Below are positions 50,700-60,356 of a stretch of DNA of 64,000 bases, piece after piece. The position numbers were made by a program, and so were the translations under genes. Position 1 is the first letter of the stretch. Each line of letters opens with the position of its first letter. A model generated the notes under the pieces. It saw only the letters and a list, made by a program, of their open reading frames with translations, did no database searches and was not told the DNA's origin. Source of the DNA: an uncultured Bacteriovoracaceae bacterium (GTDB taxonomy: Bacteria > Bdellovibrionota > UBA2394); contig CAZRCG010000001.1 in NCBI GenBank assembly GCA_964598565.1, positions 276,905 through 340,904 of the forward strand, written 5' to 3'.

Positions 50700-52241
50700 A
50701 TGGTCTTTGAAGAGTTTACGTCATCTATGAGCCCACAAGCCTCAAAGGCGAAATCAAGCGAAGAGACGATTACGGAGTCTGAAAATACCGTTCATCCTCT
50801 GTGCGCCTTCCTCATGAAGAGTGGGCTAGCCGTCGACACCTTCCCTGTCATTCGATTCACTATCGAAAGCCCCTGTCTCGCCCTCGAAATGAAACCTCGA
50901 CGAATTATACTGAGGGTACCAGACTTTGAATTTGGATTTTATGAATCTATCCTTCGCGTTGTACGGGTGGTCGAGATATCGCCTCGGGCTAAAAGCAAGG
51001 CGAAACAATTAATCACTTTTGAATGGACCTTTTCGATTGATCATCAGCCTGCCGAAGTTTTTCACCCCCTATTCGGCCTCTTGGCCGCTGAAATGGTCTG
51101 TGCCTCCTGCCGAGAACTCTTTACTCCAAAACCTGTGATTCGATCTGAATCGTCCATCGAGCTCTCTTGTCCTCACTGCCGCGGCTCGTGGAACTTAGAC
51201 CTCGGCAACTCTCAATCCAAAAATTATAAACCTAATATTCTTGAAGAATATCGAAGCAATCCGAAACAGATACTTCAGACCTTGGAGTCCTGGCCGAGCC
51301 GGCCCTCGTCTCTTATGCCTGTGATGGAAGAATCATCCCATCAATCCTATTTTCCAGTCGCCTTGGAAGAGCACGATCATACCGACATACTCTGCAAGGT
51401 GAATCCAAAATCGTTGTCGTTTGAGTTCGATGATTTTGTGTGCTCCATAACCAATCTCATCGCCTTTCGCTCTCTAGCTCACCAAAAATTATTGGACTCC
51501 CAGAATGAGCAGAGTCGCCTAAGCAATGTAGCTTTTGATATCACGCGCTCAAAGTCGACGGCCAAGGGTCGCGAAGCAGGCGAGCTTACTAAAACCAAGC
51601 GAACGAAGAAGCGGAGCGCTACATCATGGCTCTCGCTCTTATCCATTCCTGTTCTTGTTCTGTTGACCGTGGGGCCCTCATTTTTTTCACGGCCATCCAT
51701 TCTTGCCCCTACATCTTCGGCAGCCAAAGAAAGTGAGCTCGTCCGTCCCAACAATGAAGAAATACAGAATGCCATGCATGTATTTCTAGAAAAGCATCGG
51801 TCCTTTAAAGCCAATCAAAATCTGATAAACTCTCTCGCAGACTCTTCAAATCATGGCTCCACGACACCGACGACTGAAACGGCTAAGCCAAGAATCTCCG
51901 TCACGGCAAAGCCGGCAGTCAAAGTGAAACGCCTTAAAGAAGAAGACCCTGACTTTCGACAAGGAAGAATTCATTTTAAAGTTCAGCAATATCCTGAAGC
52001 TATTCAGTCATTCAAACGAGCTCTAGAAAAAGATGCGAAGAATTTAGATATTTATCCGTCACTGATCTTGTCGCTTTTTGAAACCCAGAACTACCACGAA
52101 TCAGCCACTATTCTCGAAACCTATCTTACGATGCCATTGGATCCAGAACTGCGACCCGCCCTCGAATCGCTTCACGCAAAGCTGAAGTCATTTCTAGGCG
52201 ATCGACGTCAGCCTCCGTCGAGTCCCCACTCTTTTAAATAG
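50700..52241 (+). CDS. hypothetical zinc-ribbon / single-TM / C-terminal TPR-like protein
   Basis: It has a CASC…(24 aa)…CPHC zinc-ribbon, a mid-protein TM helix (WLSLLSIPVLVLLTVGPSFF) and a C-terminal helical repeat region. Confidence 0.5.
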   Translation: MVFEEFTSSMSPQASKAKSSEETITESENTVHPLCAFLMKSGLAVDTFPVIRFTIESPCLALEMKPRRIILRVPDFEFGFYESILRVVRVVEISPRAKSKAKQLITFEWTFSIDHQPAEVFHPLFGLLAAEMVCASCRELFTPKPVIRSESSIELSCPHCRGSWNLDLGNSQSKNYKPNILEEYRSNPKQILQTLESWPSRPSSLMPVMEESSHQSYFPVALEEHDHTDILCKVNPKSLSFEFDDFVCSITNLIAFRSLAHQKLLDSQNEQSRLSNVAFDITRSKSTAKGREAGELTKTKRTKKRSATSWLSLLSIPVLVLLTVGPSFFSRPSILAPTSSAAKESELVRPNNEEIQNAMHVFLEKHRSFKANQNLINSLADSSNHGSTTPTTETAKPRISVTAKPAVKVKRLKEEDPDFRQGRIHFKVQQYPEAIQSFKRALEKDAKNLDIYPSLILSLFETQNYHESATILETYLTMPLDPELRPALESLHAKLKSFLGDRRQPPSSPHSFK

Positions 52242-52939
52242 GTTCGCTGTAGCTGAAAAATATCTTTAAACGCTGTTTCAGCGGCGTCCATCATATCGTT
52301 CCACTCGGCACGCGTGAAAAAGCCCTTTTCTGCGGTGCCCTGAACCTCTACCAACTGCTGATTGGCACTCATAACAATATTAGCGTCGACCTCAGCTTTA
52401 GAATCTTCTGGATAATTTAAATCAACCAAAAGCTCTCCGGCCACTTTACCTACAGAGAGAGCTGCCACAGGAGTGGTTTTTGGGATCTGTCGCAAAATCC
52501 CTTTTTCGCGGGCCCGATGAAGAGCCAAGACGAGGGCCAAATAAGCTCCCGTGATAGAAGCGACGCGTGTCCCACCATCGGCCTGAATTACATCGCAGTC
52601 GATCTGAATGGTACGAGGCCCTAATGTTTCAAGAGGAGTAGCCGCTCGCAGACTCCGGCCAATGAGGCGCTGGATCTCATGAGTGCGCCCCGTGGTGCGC
52701 ACTTTATCACGCTGAATACGTTTGTCGGAACAACCTGGCAGCATGCCGTATTCTGCGGCCATCCATCCACTTTGAGAGCCCTGCATCCAATTCGGTAAAC
52801 GCTCTTCGACGTTCACACTACAAACAACATGGGTATAGCCCCATTCAATTAAAACGCTGCCGTGCGGATCTTTTTGAACCGCCGGTCGCACACGAATATT
52901 TCGAATTTCATGATTACTTCGTCCGTCTACTCTCGCCAT
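52208..52939 (-). CDS. rph: ribonuclease PH
   Basis: 243 aa. It aligns with E. coli Rph end to end (RVDGRS…, GGTRVASITGAYLAL, …EVQGTAE…). Confidence 0.92.
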   Translation of the reverse strand: MARVDGRSNHEIRNIRVRPAVQKDPHGSVLIEWGYTHVVCSVNVEERLPNWMQGSQSGWMAAEYGMLPGCSDKRIQRDKVRTTGRTHEIQRLIGRSLRAATPLETLGPRTIQIDCDVIQADGGTRVASITGAYLALVLALHRAREKGILRQIPKTTPVAALSVGKVAGELLVDLNYPEDSKAEVDANIVMSANQQLVEVQGTAEKGFFTRAEWNDMMDAAETAFKDIFQLQRTYLKEWGLDGG

Positions 52940-52949
52940 TCGTTCTCAA

Positions 52950-53726
52950 TTAGTCGACTTGGCTTAGTCCTGTCACGTCCGATTTCGATCTCGCGCTTTC
53001 GACCAGACTACAAACGGTCAATGCCGCCAAATATAAGACGGCCAAGGGCGTACCCAAGAGCAACAGCGTATAGGGGTCGGCAGGAGTCAGAATAGCAGCC
53101 AAGATATAAATACCGGCCACGGAAATGCGCCATGTCTTCCACAATGTCTTTGCAGAAACTACTCCAATAATATTCAAAAGCACAACGAATACAGGAATTT
53201 CAAACAAGATGCCAAACGCCACAAGCAGACTCGATGCAAACGAAAAATAATCGCTCATCGACAACATGGGCTGAATGGACACTGGGGCCACCTTGGTAAA
53301 AAATTCAAAGGCAAACGGAAAAATAAAGAAGTACCCCAGCAAGGCGCCGCACAGAAACATCACGGATGCCACCGTGACAAAGGGAACTACATAGCGCTTT
53401 TCTTGAGATCTCAATCCGGGGCTCACAAACAACCAGACTTGGTAAAAAAGCCACGGAACAGCTAAAAATAAACCTCCCAAAATGCCCACTCGCAAATACA
53501 ACATGAACGGTTCGATCACCGATGTGTACACGATGGGGCAAGCCCCCTGTTGAAAGGTCTCACACAGGGGCTGAAGTAGAATATTGAAAAGCGCCTCTGA
53601 AAAAGAATAGGCAACAATAAACCCTAAGAGAACGCCGTAGAGACTTTGAATCACCCTCTTTCGAAGTTCATTCAGATGCCCGATGATAGTGAGCTCAGGG
53701 CCTTGTTCAGGATTCTTCGGAGTCAT
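52950..53726 (-). CDS. tatC: twin-arginine translocase subunit TatC
   Basis: 258 aa and six TM helices. The N-terminal HL.ELR.R motif of TatC is present (IIGHLNELRKRVIQS). Confidence 0.9.
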   Translation of the reverse strand: MTPKNPEQGPELTIIGHLNELRKRVIQSLYGVLLGFIVAYSFSEALFNILLQPLCETFQQGACPIVYTSVIEPFMLYLRVGILGGLFLAVPWLFYQVWLFVSPGLRSQEKRYVVPFVTVASVMFLCGALLGYFFIFPFAFEFFTKVAPVSIQPMLSMSDYFSFASSLLVAFGILFEIPVFVVLLNIIGVVSAKTLWKTWRISVAGIYILAAILTPADPYTLLLLGTPLAVLYLAALTVCSLVESARSKSDVTGLSQVD

Positions 53727-53982
53727 GGGTGAGAGCCTTTTTCACTTTATCTGCTTGGTTTTGAATCACCGACTTCACTTCGTCGACAGAATCTCTCGCG
53801 CGACGAAGATCGTCATCTTGATTCAATGTGCGCGTAAAATCACGCTTGGCATCGGTCATCTCTCGAACGAATTTCGCAATACCTTTCATAACGTCCGGCA
53901 GCTGCTGAGGTCCGATAAGAACTAAGATAATGACTGCAAGTACGAGCAACTCGGAAAATCCTAAACCAAACATAGGTTTCAC
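53707..53982 (-). CDS. tatA: twin-arginine translocase TatA/TatB-family protein
   Basis: It has an N-terminal TM helix, then a hinge Gly and an amphipathic helix (MFGLGFSELLVLAVIILVLIGPQQLP…). Its start overlaps the mrcA stop in ATGA fashion. Confidence 0.85.
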   Translation of the reverse strand: MKPMFGLGFSELLVLAVIILVLIGPQQLPDVMKGIAKFVREMTDAKRDFTRTLNQDDDLRRARDSVDEVKSVIQNQADKVKKALTHDSEES

Positions 53983-56621
53983 AGATCCTTTTCGTAGAGA
54001 TCGATATCGCCAACACGCTTCTTCACTTCTTCGGTGGGAGACGTGCCTTTCACAAAGGCTTCATGAACAAAACTCTTACTATGAGAAGGAGCGATTCCCC
54101 CAGTTTTTGGATCAATTCGCACAAATTCAATTGTATCAGGAGCCTCAAAATCTGTTACGGGGCTGTTCTGGGTAGCTTTCAACATGAAATCTAACCAAAT
54201 CGGCACGGCCGCTTTAGAACCAGTCTCGCCCCTACCCAAGACCCTCTGGTCATCGTAACCTACCCAAACCGCTGCTACTAAATCAGGTGTAAACCCTATA
54301 AACCAGGCATCCCGATTTTCATCGGTAGTTCCGGTTTTTCCTGACGCGGGGCGTTTCAATTCTTTAGCTCGCCTGCCCGTCCCGTAAAGTACGTTCTCCT
54401 TGAGGAGATAACTCATCAAGTACGATGCTTCCGTACTAAGAACTTGCCCTGGCTTCAGGGGTGAGGTGACCACACTTCTCTCCTTTCGGTTAGAGGAAGA
54501 TCCCTCTTTTAGAAATGAGGCAGCCCCCGAGTCTCTTTGATTTTTAAGATCTGAAAGCTCCACGGACGCGACTTCCTTTTTTAGCGACGTTACCGATGAA
54601 GATATTCGCTCGATGATGGTCCCTGAAATATCCTCCATAATATTGTCTTCCAAAACTTCTCCATCGCGAGCCACTATTTTCTTCACCAGCACGAGTGACC
54701 GCCGATAGCCACCGTTAGAAAAAACGATATACGGCTGAATGATCTCTGGCAAAGTCACTGCTGAAGAACCCAAAGCCAATGTGAAATCTCTTGAGAGCGG
54801 ACTCTCGATACCAAGTCTGCGAGCATAGGTCATGGCCAAATCTAAACCAACTTCATTCAACAATCGTATGGTCGTGATATTGCGAGAGGCCAGCAAACTA
54901 TTTCGTAGTGTCACGTCTCCCACAAAGCGCTGGTCATAATTCGCCGGTCGCCACCGTTCTTGATCAGCAGCATTCTCAAAGGTAATGGGTGAATCTTGTA
55001 GCAAAGAGGCTGCCGTCATTCCGTAGTCGAGAGCGGCAGCATAGACAATCGGCTTAAAGGCGCTACCAGGCTGTCTCTTGGCTTGCCAGGCACGATTAAA
55101 AACGGATTTTTCAAAGTCGTTTCCACCCACCATCGATGAAACCAGACCATTATGAGGATTGACCGCTAAAATAGCACCTTCTACTTCTGTTGTCTGCTCG
55201 AGCTGAACTTCTATCAAACTTTCTGAAGTGGCCGGAATGGCCTTCACCGTCACAGAAACTACGTCTCCGACACTAACGACGTCAGAGACTTTCGTTACTA
55301 CGGTAAACGACTCTTCATCGTCTTCGGTCATCAACTTTCGCCGCGCCCACTTCAAATCATCAAAATTCATTTGCGCAAAGAGCTGCGGCGCAAACTCAAT
55401 TAGGGCATGCTTCTTTTCATCGTCCACTCTCTGAACGACCCCCTCTAAAAAATCTCCGACCTGAAGTCCCTTCGGCCTTTGAATGAGAATACGACCCGCA
55501 CTCTTCACATCAGAGACCGCCACTTCAAGCTCTTGATTGGCCTGCACCGTTTCATCATCACGCTCATCGAAATCTCTTCCTTTAAAATAATCTTTGATTT
55601 CTTCAGGTTTAAGTTTGCGAAGAGGGCCTCGGTACCCTTGTCGTTTCTCTAACTCGCTGAGCCCCTTTCGTAGGGCATTCTGAGCAGCCCGATTCATTTC
55701 TAAATCAATGCCCGTAAAAATCTTCATACCCCCATCTAAAATTCTTGCAGCCCCGTACTTACCCATCACATACTGACGAACCGTCTCCAAATAATAAGGG
55801 GCTTTAACGCGATTTTTATCGACCAAGGGCTCTAGATAAATATCGGCTTGAGTCGCCTGCATGTATTCGTCTTCCGTTATAAAACCTACATTGCGCATCT
55901 GACGCAAAACGTAGAGCTGTCGTCGTTTCACTCGATCAGGATTCCGATAAGGCGAGTACCGAGAAGGCGCCTGAGGAAGCCCTCCCAAAATCGCCGCCTC
56001 TTCAATGGCAACTTCCGGCAGATCTTTGCCAAAATAGACTTGGGCAGCCGCCTTCACGCCGTAGGCTCCATTACCTAAATAGATATGATTCAAATAGAGA
56101 TGGAGAATTTCATCTTTGGTGAGATTCTTTTCAATCTGCCAGGCAAGAATTATCTCTCGAATTTTTCGATCAAAGGTCCGTTCAGACGTTAAGAGAAAGC
56201 CTCGCGCCACCTGTTGGGTAATCGTGGATGCCCCTTGGCGAATGCCCCCTGAGACAAGATTCTTGTAGGCGGCACGCACCATTCCCAAAAAATCAACTCC
56301 CTGATGGGTATAGAAATGAGAATCCTCTGCAGCGATAAACGCGTTCTTAATTCGATCGGGAATATCATGAGCCACTAATCGCCGCTCATTGAAAAACTCC
56401 CCCAAAACTTCCCCGTTATGAGCGTAAACAATCGACATCTCCTTCGGCTTATAATCTTTAAGAGATTCTAGTGAAGGGAGTCCCCGGTTCATCACGATCA
56501 AGATGATGACTGCTGCCACCAAAAAAGCGCTGATGACAAGAATGGAACCCACTGACGCAATGCGAATAATCCATTTACGCACGTTTCGGAGTCTGGATCC
56601 TGTTTTATCACTCTTCGTCAT
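53979..56621 (-). CDS. mrcA: penicillin-binding protein 1A (bifunctional transglycosylase/transpeptidase)
   Basis: 880 aa. It has an N-terminal TM anchor and GT51 motifs (…EDSHFYTHQGVD…, …RQ…). It has the transpeptidase motifs SAFKP (SxxK), SxN and KTGT. Confidence 0.9.
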   Translation of the reverse strand: MTKSDKTGSRLRNVRKWIIRIASVGSILVISAFLVAAVIILIVMNRGLPSLESLKDYKPKEMSIVYAHNGEVLGEFFNERRLVAHDIPDRIKNAFIAAEDSHFYTHQGVDFLGMVRAAYKNLVSGGIRQGASTITQQVARGFLLTSERTFDRKIREIILAWQIEKNLTKDEILHLYLNHIYLGNGAYGVKAAAQVYFGKDLPEVAIEEAAILGGLPQAPSRYSPYRNPDRVKRRQLYVLRQMRNVGFITEDEYMQATQADIYLEPLVDKNRVKAPYYLETVRQYVMGKYGAARILDGGMKIFTGIDLEMNRAAQNALRKGLSELEKRQGYRGPLRKLKPEEIKDYFKGRDFDERDDETVQANQELEVAVSDVKSAGRILIQRPKGLQVGDFLEGVVQRVDDEKKHALIEFAPQLFAQMNFDDLKWARRKLMTEDDEESFTVVTKVSDVVSVGDVVSVTVKAIPATSESLIEVQLEQTTEVEGAILAVNPHNGLVSSMVGGNDFEKSVFNRAWQAKRQPGSAFKPIVYAAALDYGMTAASLLQDSPITFENAADQERWRPANYDQRFVGDVTLRNSLLASRNITTIRLLNEVGLDLAMTYARRLGIESPLSRDFTLALGSSAVTLPEIIQPYIVFSNGGYRRSLVLVKKIVARDGEVLEDNIMEDISGTIIERISSSVTSLKKEVASVELSDLKNQRDSGAASFLKEGSSSNRKERSVVTSPLKPGQVLSTEASYLMSYLLKENVLYGTGRRAKELKRPASGKTGTTDENRDAWFIGFTPDLVAAVWVGYDDQRVLGRGETGSKAAVPIWLDFMLKATQNSPVTDFEAPDTIEFVRIDPKTGGIAPSHSKSFVHEAFVKGTSPTEEVKKRVGDIDLYEKDL

Positions 56622-56661
56622 TCAAAAACCTCACTTGCCACTCCAATTCTAACCTTAAAAA

Positions 56662-56674
56662 GGCGAAATTCGCC
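56662..56674. promoter_or_regulatory. candidate operator: perfect palindrome GGCGAA-A-TTCGCC in the divergent mrcA / FHA-operon promoter region
   Basis: Seen directly. It is centred about 50 nt upstream of the first FHA gene ATG (56717) and about 45 nt upstream of the mrcA start (56621). Confidence 0.4.
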
Positions 56675-56716
56675 TGATTGTATTCACCTTAAAGTGCCCT
56701 AATTGTACAATGAATC

Positions 56717-57439
56717 ATGGCAAAGCTCCATCATCCGCAGGCTGGTCTTCTTATCGTTCGAGCCGGCCGCCATACGATGGTGCCGCTCACCAAAGATATT
56801 AATATCATTGGCCGCAAATTAGCCGACATCATTTTAGATGATCCAAAAATCTCTTCTGCGCATGCTGAGATTCGGCGCGAGGGGGAGCGTTATTTCATTA
56901 AAGATCTCATGTCGACCAATGGAACCTTTTTAAATAAAAAGCCCGTGAGTCTCATGGCGCTGACCGACCAAGATCTCATTGAAGTCGGCTCGAGCTCGCT
57001 GTGTTTTTTTCAGAATATGAAGGATTATCCCCAGGGGGTGGAACCGGGCGATGAGAGCCGCTCTGAAATAGTGGCCACGCAAGTTCAAGAATTAACGCGG
57101 GGCGCCATTACCACCACTAAAACGATGCTTCAAAGCATCTTACGACTCGAAATCAAAGAAGGTCCCGACAAAGGTCGTAAATTTCAGTTCAGAAAACCGT
57201 TTATTTTGATTGGTCGACGCGATGCCGACCTGGTTTTACAAGATGTCGATGTCTCACGGCAGCATGCGATGGTAGAGATTTTCTCCCAGACATCCCTCTT
57301 CGTCAAAGATCTTGGCTCCACCAACGGAACCTTTGTTAACGGACGAAAGATTCAGGCCGAGAAAGTCCAATCCGGCGACGAAATCAGTGTCGGGAATACG
57401 GTTATTCGCCTTGAAAGCGGAGAAATGGAAACTGCATGA
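56717..57439 (+). CDS. tandem-FHA-domain protein (two FHA domains)
   Basis: FHA 1 is IIGRKLADIILDDPKISSAHAEIRREGERYFIKDLMSTNGTFLNKKPV. FHA 2 is ILIGRRDADLVLQDVDVSRQHAMVEIFSQTSLFVKDLGSTNGTFVNGRKI. Both carry the G-R…S..H…D.(S/T)TNGT. signature. Confidence 0.85.
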   Translation: MAKLHHPQAGLLIVRAGRHTMVPLTKDINIIGRKLADIILDDPKISSAHAEIRREGERYFIKDLMSTNGTFLNKKPVSLMALTDQDLIEVGSSSLCFFQNMKDYPQGVEPGDESRSEIVATQVQELTRGAITTTKTMLQSILRLEIKEGPDKGRKFQFRKPFILIGRRDADLVLQDVDVSRQHAMVEIFSQTSLFVKDLGSTNGTFVNGRKIQAEKVQSGDEISVGNTVIRLESGEMETA

Positions 57440-58251
57440 GCGTGAAAGTGAACGTGACTATTGTGGAAGGCCCGGCAGAGGGAACTCATATCGAGTTTTC
57501 TCAAGGCTCCATTACGCTGGGCCGGGGACGATGCGATATCTCTTTAGATGACAAAAAAGTATCTGGCAAACACTGTAAGCTTAGCCTAGATAAACAAAAC
57601 AATCTGTGGCTGGAAGACCTGAATTCGACAAACGGAACCTACGTGGGCGGCAGACGCATTGAGGCTCCCGAACAACTACAAAATCTAGATGAATTCATTG
57701 TAGGACTCTCTCGAATATCTGTCGCTATCGTCGAATCCATTGGCGAAAAGAGTATTTCCAAGACAAAGAATACTCGATCGATCTCTCGTCCTGAGCCTAA
57801 GGTGCCCGATACTATTCCTCCGCCTCACGCAGTTTATCAGGAAACGGGGATTCACCGTATTGAAAATCTCATCGAAGATGAAATGGCCGCGCTATCTCGC
57901 TGGGACAGTCCGCCGGACCATGCCAAACACTCCGGTGAAAAGACTCTTTCTTTGATTCGAGTCACTCTCAAGCGTCTGCGAGGGCCTGAAAGTCTTAATG
58001 AGTTTATTTGTTCGAAGCCGGTCAATACAATGGGCCGAAAAAATGTCGATGTAAAATTAAATGATCTCGATTGCTCTCGGCTTCATTCCCAAATTGAGAT
58101 TCACGGTAAGAAGGCTGTTGTTAAAGATATGGGTTCTACCAATGGAACCTTTCTCAATGGGCGCCGTGTGACCGCTGAAGAAATTCAAACTGGCGATGTC
58201 ATTCAAATTGGTCAAACTTTTCTCGAAGTTCATATCGAGGGACGCTCATGA
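57436..58251 (+). CDS. tandem-FHA-domain protein (two FHA domains)
   Basis: FHA 1 is ITLGRGRCDISLDDKKVSGKHCKLSLDKQNNLWLEDLNSTNGTYVGGRRI. FHA 2 is NTMGRKNVDVKLNDLDCSRLHSQIEIHGKKAVVKDMGSTNGTFLNGRRV. Its start overlaps the upstream stop (ATGA). Confidence 0.85.
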   Translation: MSVKVNVTIVEGPAEGTHIEFSQGSITLGRGRCDISLDDKKVSGKHCKLSLDKQNNLWLEDLNSTNGTYVGGRRIEAPEQLQNLDEFIVGLSRISVAIVESIGEKSISKTKNTRSISRPEPKVPDTIPPPHAVYQETGIHRIENLIEDEMAALSRWDSPPDHAKHSGEKTLSLIRVTLKRLRGPESLNEFICSKPVNTMGRKNVDVKLNDLDCSRLHSQIEIHGKKAVVKDMGSTNGTFLNGRRVTAEEIQTGDVIQIGQTFLEVHIEGRS

Positions 58252-59375
58252 AAGGAGCAAGCATTCATTTTCTTGGGGGCAACCTAAGTGGCCAGACTCT
58301 TGAGTTAATGCCCGACAAACTCTATCTCATCGGTCGAGACCCGGGCTGCGATATTTGCCTTGCAGAAGCAAAGGTATCAAGACGACACGCTCATCTCACC
58401 TGGAGCCCCGAAGAACGAAAACTCCTTATCGAAGATCTCCGTTCCATGAACGGCGTAACCCTAAATGGAGAACCTATTCAAAACGCCGCAGAGCTGCACC
58501 ATCAAGACCGAGTTCAGATTGGCTCTGCTATTTTGGAAATATTAATTCCAAATTTGGAGATCGAAATTACGAAAACGCTCTCTAAACGAAGTAGCAATCA
58601 ATTGGGATCAAATGATTTTGCGTCGCCGCCCACCGATATCATAGGGCTGCACTCTGAAGAAAATCTCTTAGAAGAAATTTCAGAAGATGAGATTCCGCTC
58701 GAGCCCTATTCTGAACCCGTTTTAAGTCCGCCTCCTAGAAGTCGATCCGCATCAGAGAGTGAATCCAAGTCTGAGCCTTCGAGACCCAAACCATTCGACG
58801 AAGGCTATGAAACCGATGGCATTGCCCTCACAGGGAACCTTAAAGAAATGCCGCTACCTGATTTATTGCAAATGCTGGCCACGACTCGAAAGTCGGGGAA
58901 ACTCGTTTTCGTTCCTCAAAAAGTCATGCTCTCAAGTCGCCCCTCCCCTCAGTCGGCTATATTGTGGCTCAATCAGGGCGACTTAGTGGGGGCTCACCTA
59001 TATAAACTCCATGGAGAAGAAGCCTTCTTCGAGTTACTTAAATGGCAACAAGGCTATTTTGCTCTGTACTATAAAGAACCGCCGCCCAAAGATCCCCACC
59101 TGAATCAACCCCTTGAAGTATTGCTGCTTGAGGGTATGCGCCGTCTCGATGAAGAAAAAAGTCTCACGGTCCATTTCAATCCTTCAGACACCTTCGATGT
59201 AAACCCCGATGCGCCACTCAATCTACTAGAGCCCGAGCAGATTAGAGTTTTCCAGAATATTTGGAAGCAAAAGAAAATTTCCCAGATATGGGCCAACTCT
59301 CATTTAGACCCTCAAGAAACCGACGACCATATCCGCCGTTTACTGCGAGGCGGCTATATCAAAAAATTGCCTTAA
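58248..59375 (+). CDS. FHA domain + DUF4388 (PATAN-like) domain protein
   Basis: The N-terminal FHA is YLIGRDPGCDICLAEAKVSRRHAHLTW…LIEDLRSMNGVTLNGEPI. The C-terminal region (GNLKEMPLPDLLQMLATTRKSGKLVF…) matches the DUF4388 signature. The start overlaps the upstream stop (ATGA). Confidence 0.8.
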   Translation: MKGASIHFLGGNLSGQTLELMPDKLYLIGRDPGCDICLAEAKVSRRHAHLTWSPEERKLLIEDLRSMNGVTLNGEPIQNAAELHHQDRVQIGSAILEILIPNLEIEITKTLSKRSSNQLGSNDFASPPTDIIGLHSEENLLEEISEDEIPLEPYSEPVLSPPPRSRSASESESKSEPSRPKPFDEGYETDGIALTGNLKEMPLPDLLQMLATTRKSGKLVFVPQKVMLSSRPSPQSAILWLNQGDLVGAHLYKLHGEEAFFELLKWQQGYFALYYKEPPPKDPHLNQPLEVLLLEGMRRLDEEKSLTVHFNPSDTFDVNPDAPLNLLEPEQIRVFQNIWKQKKISQIWANSHLDPQETDDHIRRLLRGGYIKKLP

Positions 59376-59550
59376 CTGCGGATTAGTTGCAACTCAGGCC
59401 CATATTTATTCGTCTACTCTATTTGCTAGACTTGGAAATGGTGATTTCTACATCTCACTAACTCATTTCACACTTTTTGGCATGCAGCCCTGATTTGACA
59501 AAAAATCGTGAAGCCAAACGCAGCCAATCGGCACAGACAGGGGAGAGCCC

Positions 59551-59727
59551 GAGCGGCACCCCTTTAGTGGCTCGAGCGGCTCATTGTTTTGCGGCGAAGG
59601 AGCCGGTTACGAATTTTGTTCTGAAATGCTGACACTCACGGGCGGTCTTCTGAGAAAAAAGCTCACCCTTGAATCGGTCACCAATTTATAAATGAATTAC
59701 TTCAGATATTCGCCGGACAGAGCCTAG
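59551..59727. repeat. copy B (177 bp) of the repeat element at 2385-2650, inverted orientation, lacking the second terminal arm
   Basis: It is about 95% identical to the reverse complement of 2385-2562 (terminal arm plus core), including cagatattcgccggacagagcctag at 59703-59727. It lies in the convergent intergenic region between the FHA-DUF4388 gene and plsY. Confidence 0.85.
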
Positions 59728-59780
59728 GTCAAACTAAATTCCCACCTCATGCCACCGATAAGGCCGATCATCTTCATACC

Positions 59781-60356
59781 TTAAGCTTCTTTGCCTTCTC
59801 TCAGACGTCGAATATTGTCTTTGTGACGGTAAATCAATACAACCGACATCATCACCATCACCAAGGTCACTCCCCACTGAGAGACAAAAAAATGACTTAC
59901 AACGGGTAGGGCCACTGATGCTGACAATGCTCCTAGGGAAGAAATTTTGGAGAGTCGCGCTGCCACCGCCCAAATGGCAAAGACAATCAGAGCAGAAGAA
60001 AACGACAAAATCGTCAATACGCCAAACATGGTAGCAACCCCCTTGCCGCCGTTAAATCTCAGATAGACTGGAAAACAGTGCCCTAAAAATGCCGCTAGGC
60101 CTACTAGCGTTTGAGACTCTGTTTCGCCTGGCAAGAGAACTCGCGCCATAAAAACTGGAATCATTCCCTTCGCAATATCGCAGAGCAGAGTTCCTGCTCC
60201 CAATTTCCGCCCTAGAACGCGATTCACATTGGTGGCGCCAATATTTCCGGATCCCAACGCGCGGATATCAATATCGGCAAAAAATCGAGCGAGCAACAAA
60301 CCAAACGGAATGGCTCCAAGAAAATAAGCGAATACAACAAGTGCTGTAAAGGTCAT
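59781..60356 (-). CDS. plsY: glycerol-3-phosphate acyltransferase PlsY
   Basis: 191 aa. The N-terminal YLLGSIP-like motif (YFLGAIPFGLLLARFF) and GSGNIGATNV motif are present. Confidence 0.9.
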   Translation of the reverse strand: MTFTALVVFAYFLGAIPFGLLLARFFADIDIRALGSGNIGATNVNRVLGRKLGAGTLLCDIAKGMIPVFMARVLLPGETESQTLVGLAAFLGHCFPVYLRFNGGKGVATMFGVLTILSFSSALIVFAIWAVAARLSKISSLGALSASVALPVVSHFFVSQWGVTLVMVMMSVVLIYRHKDNIRRLREGKEA

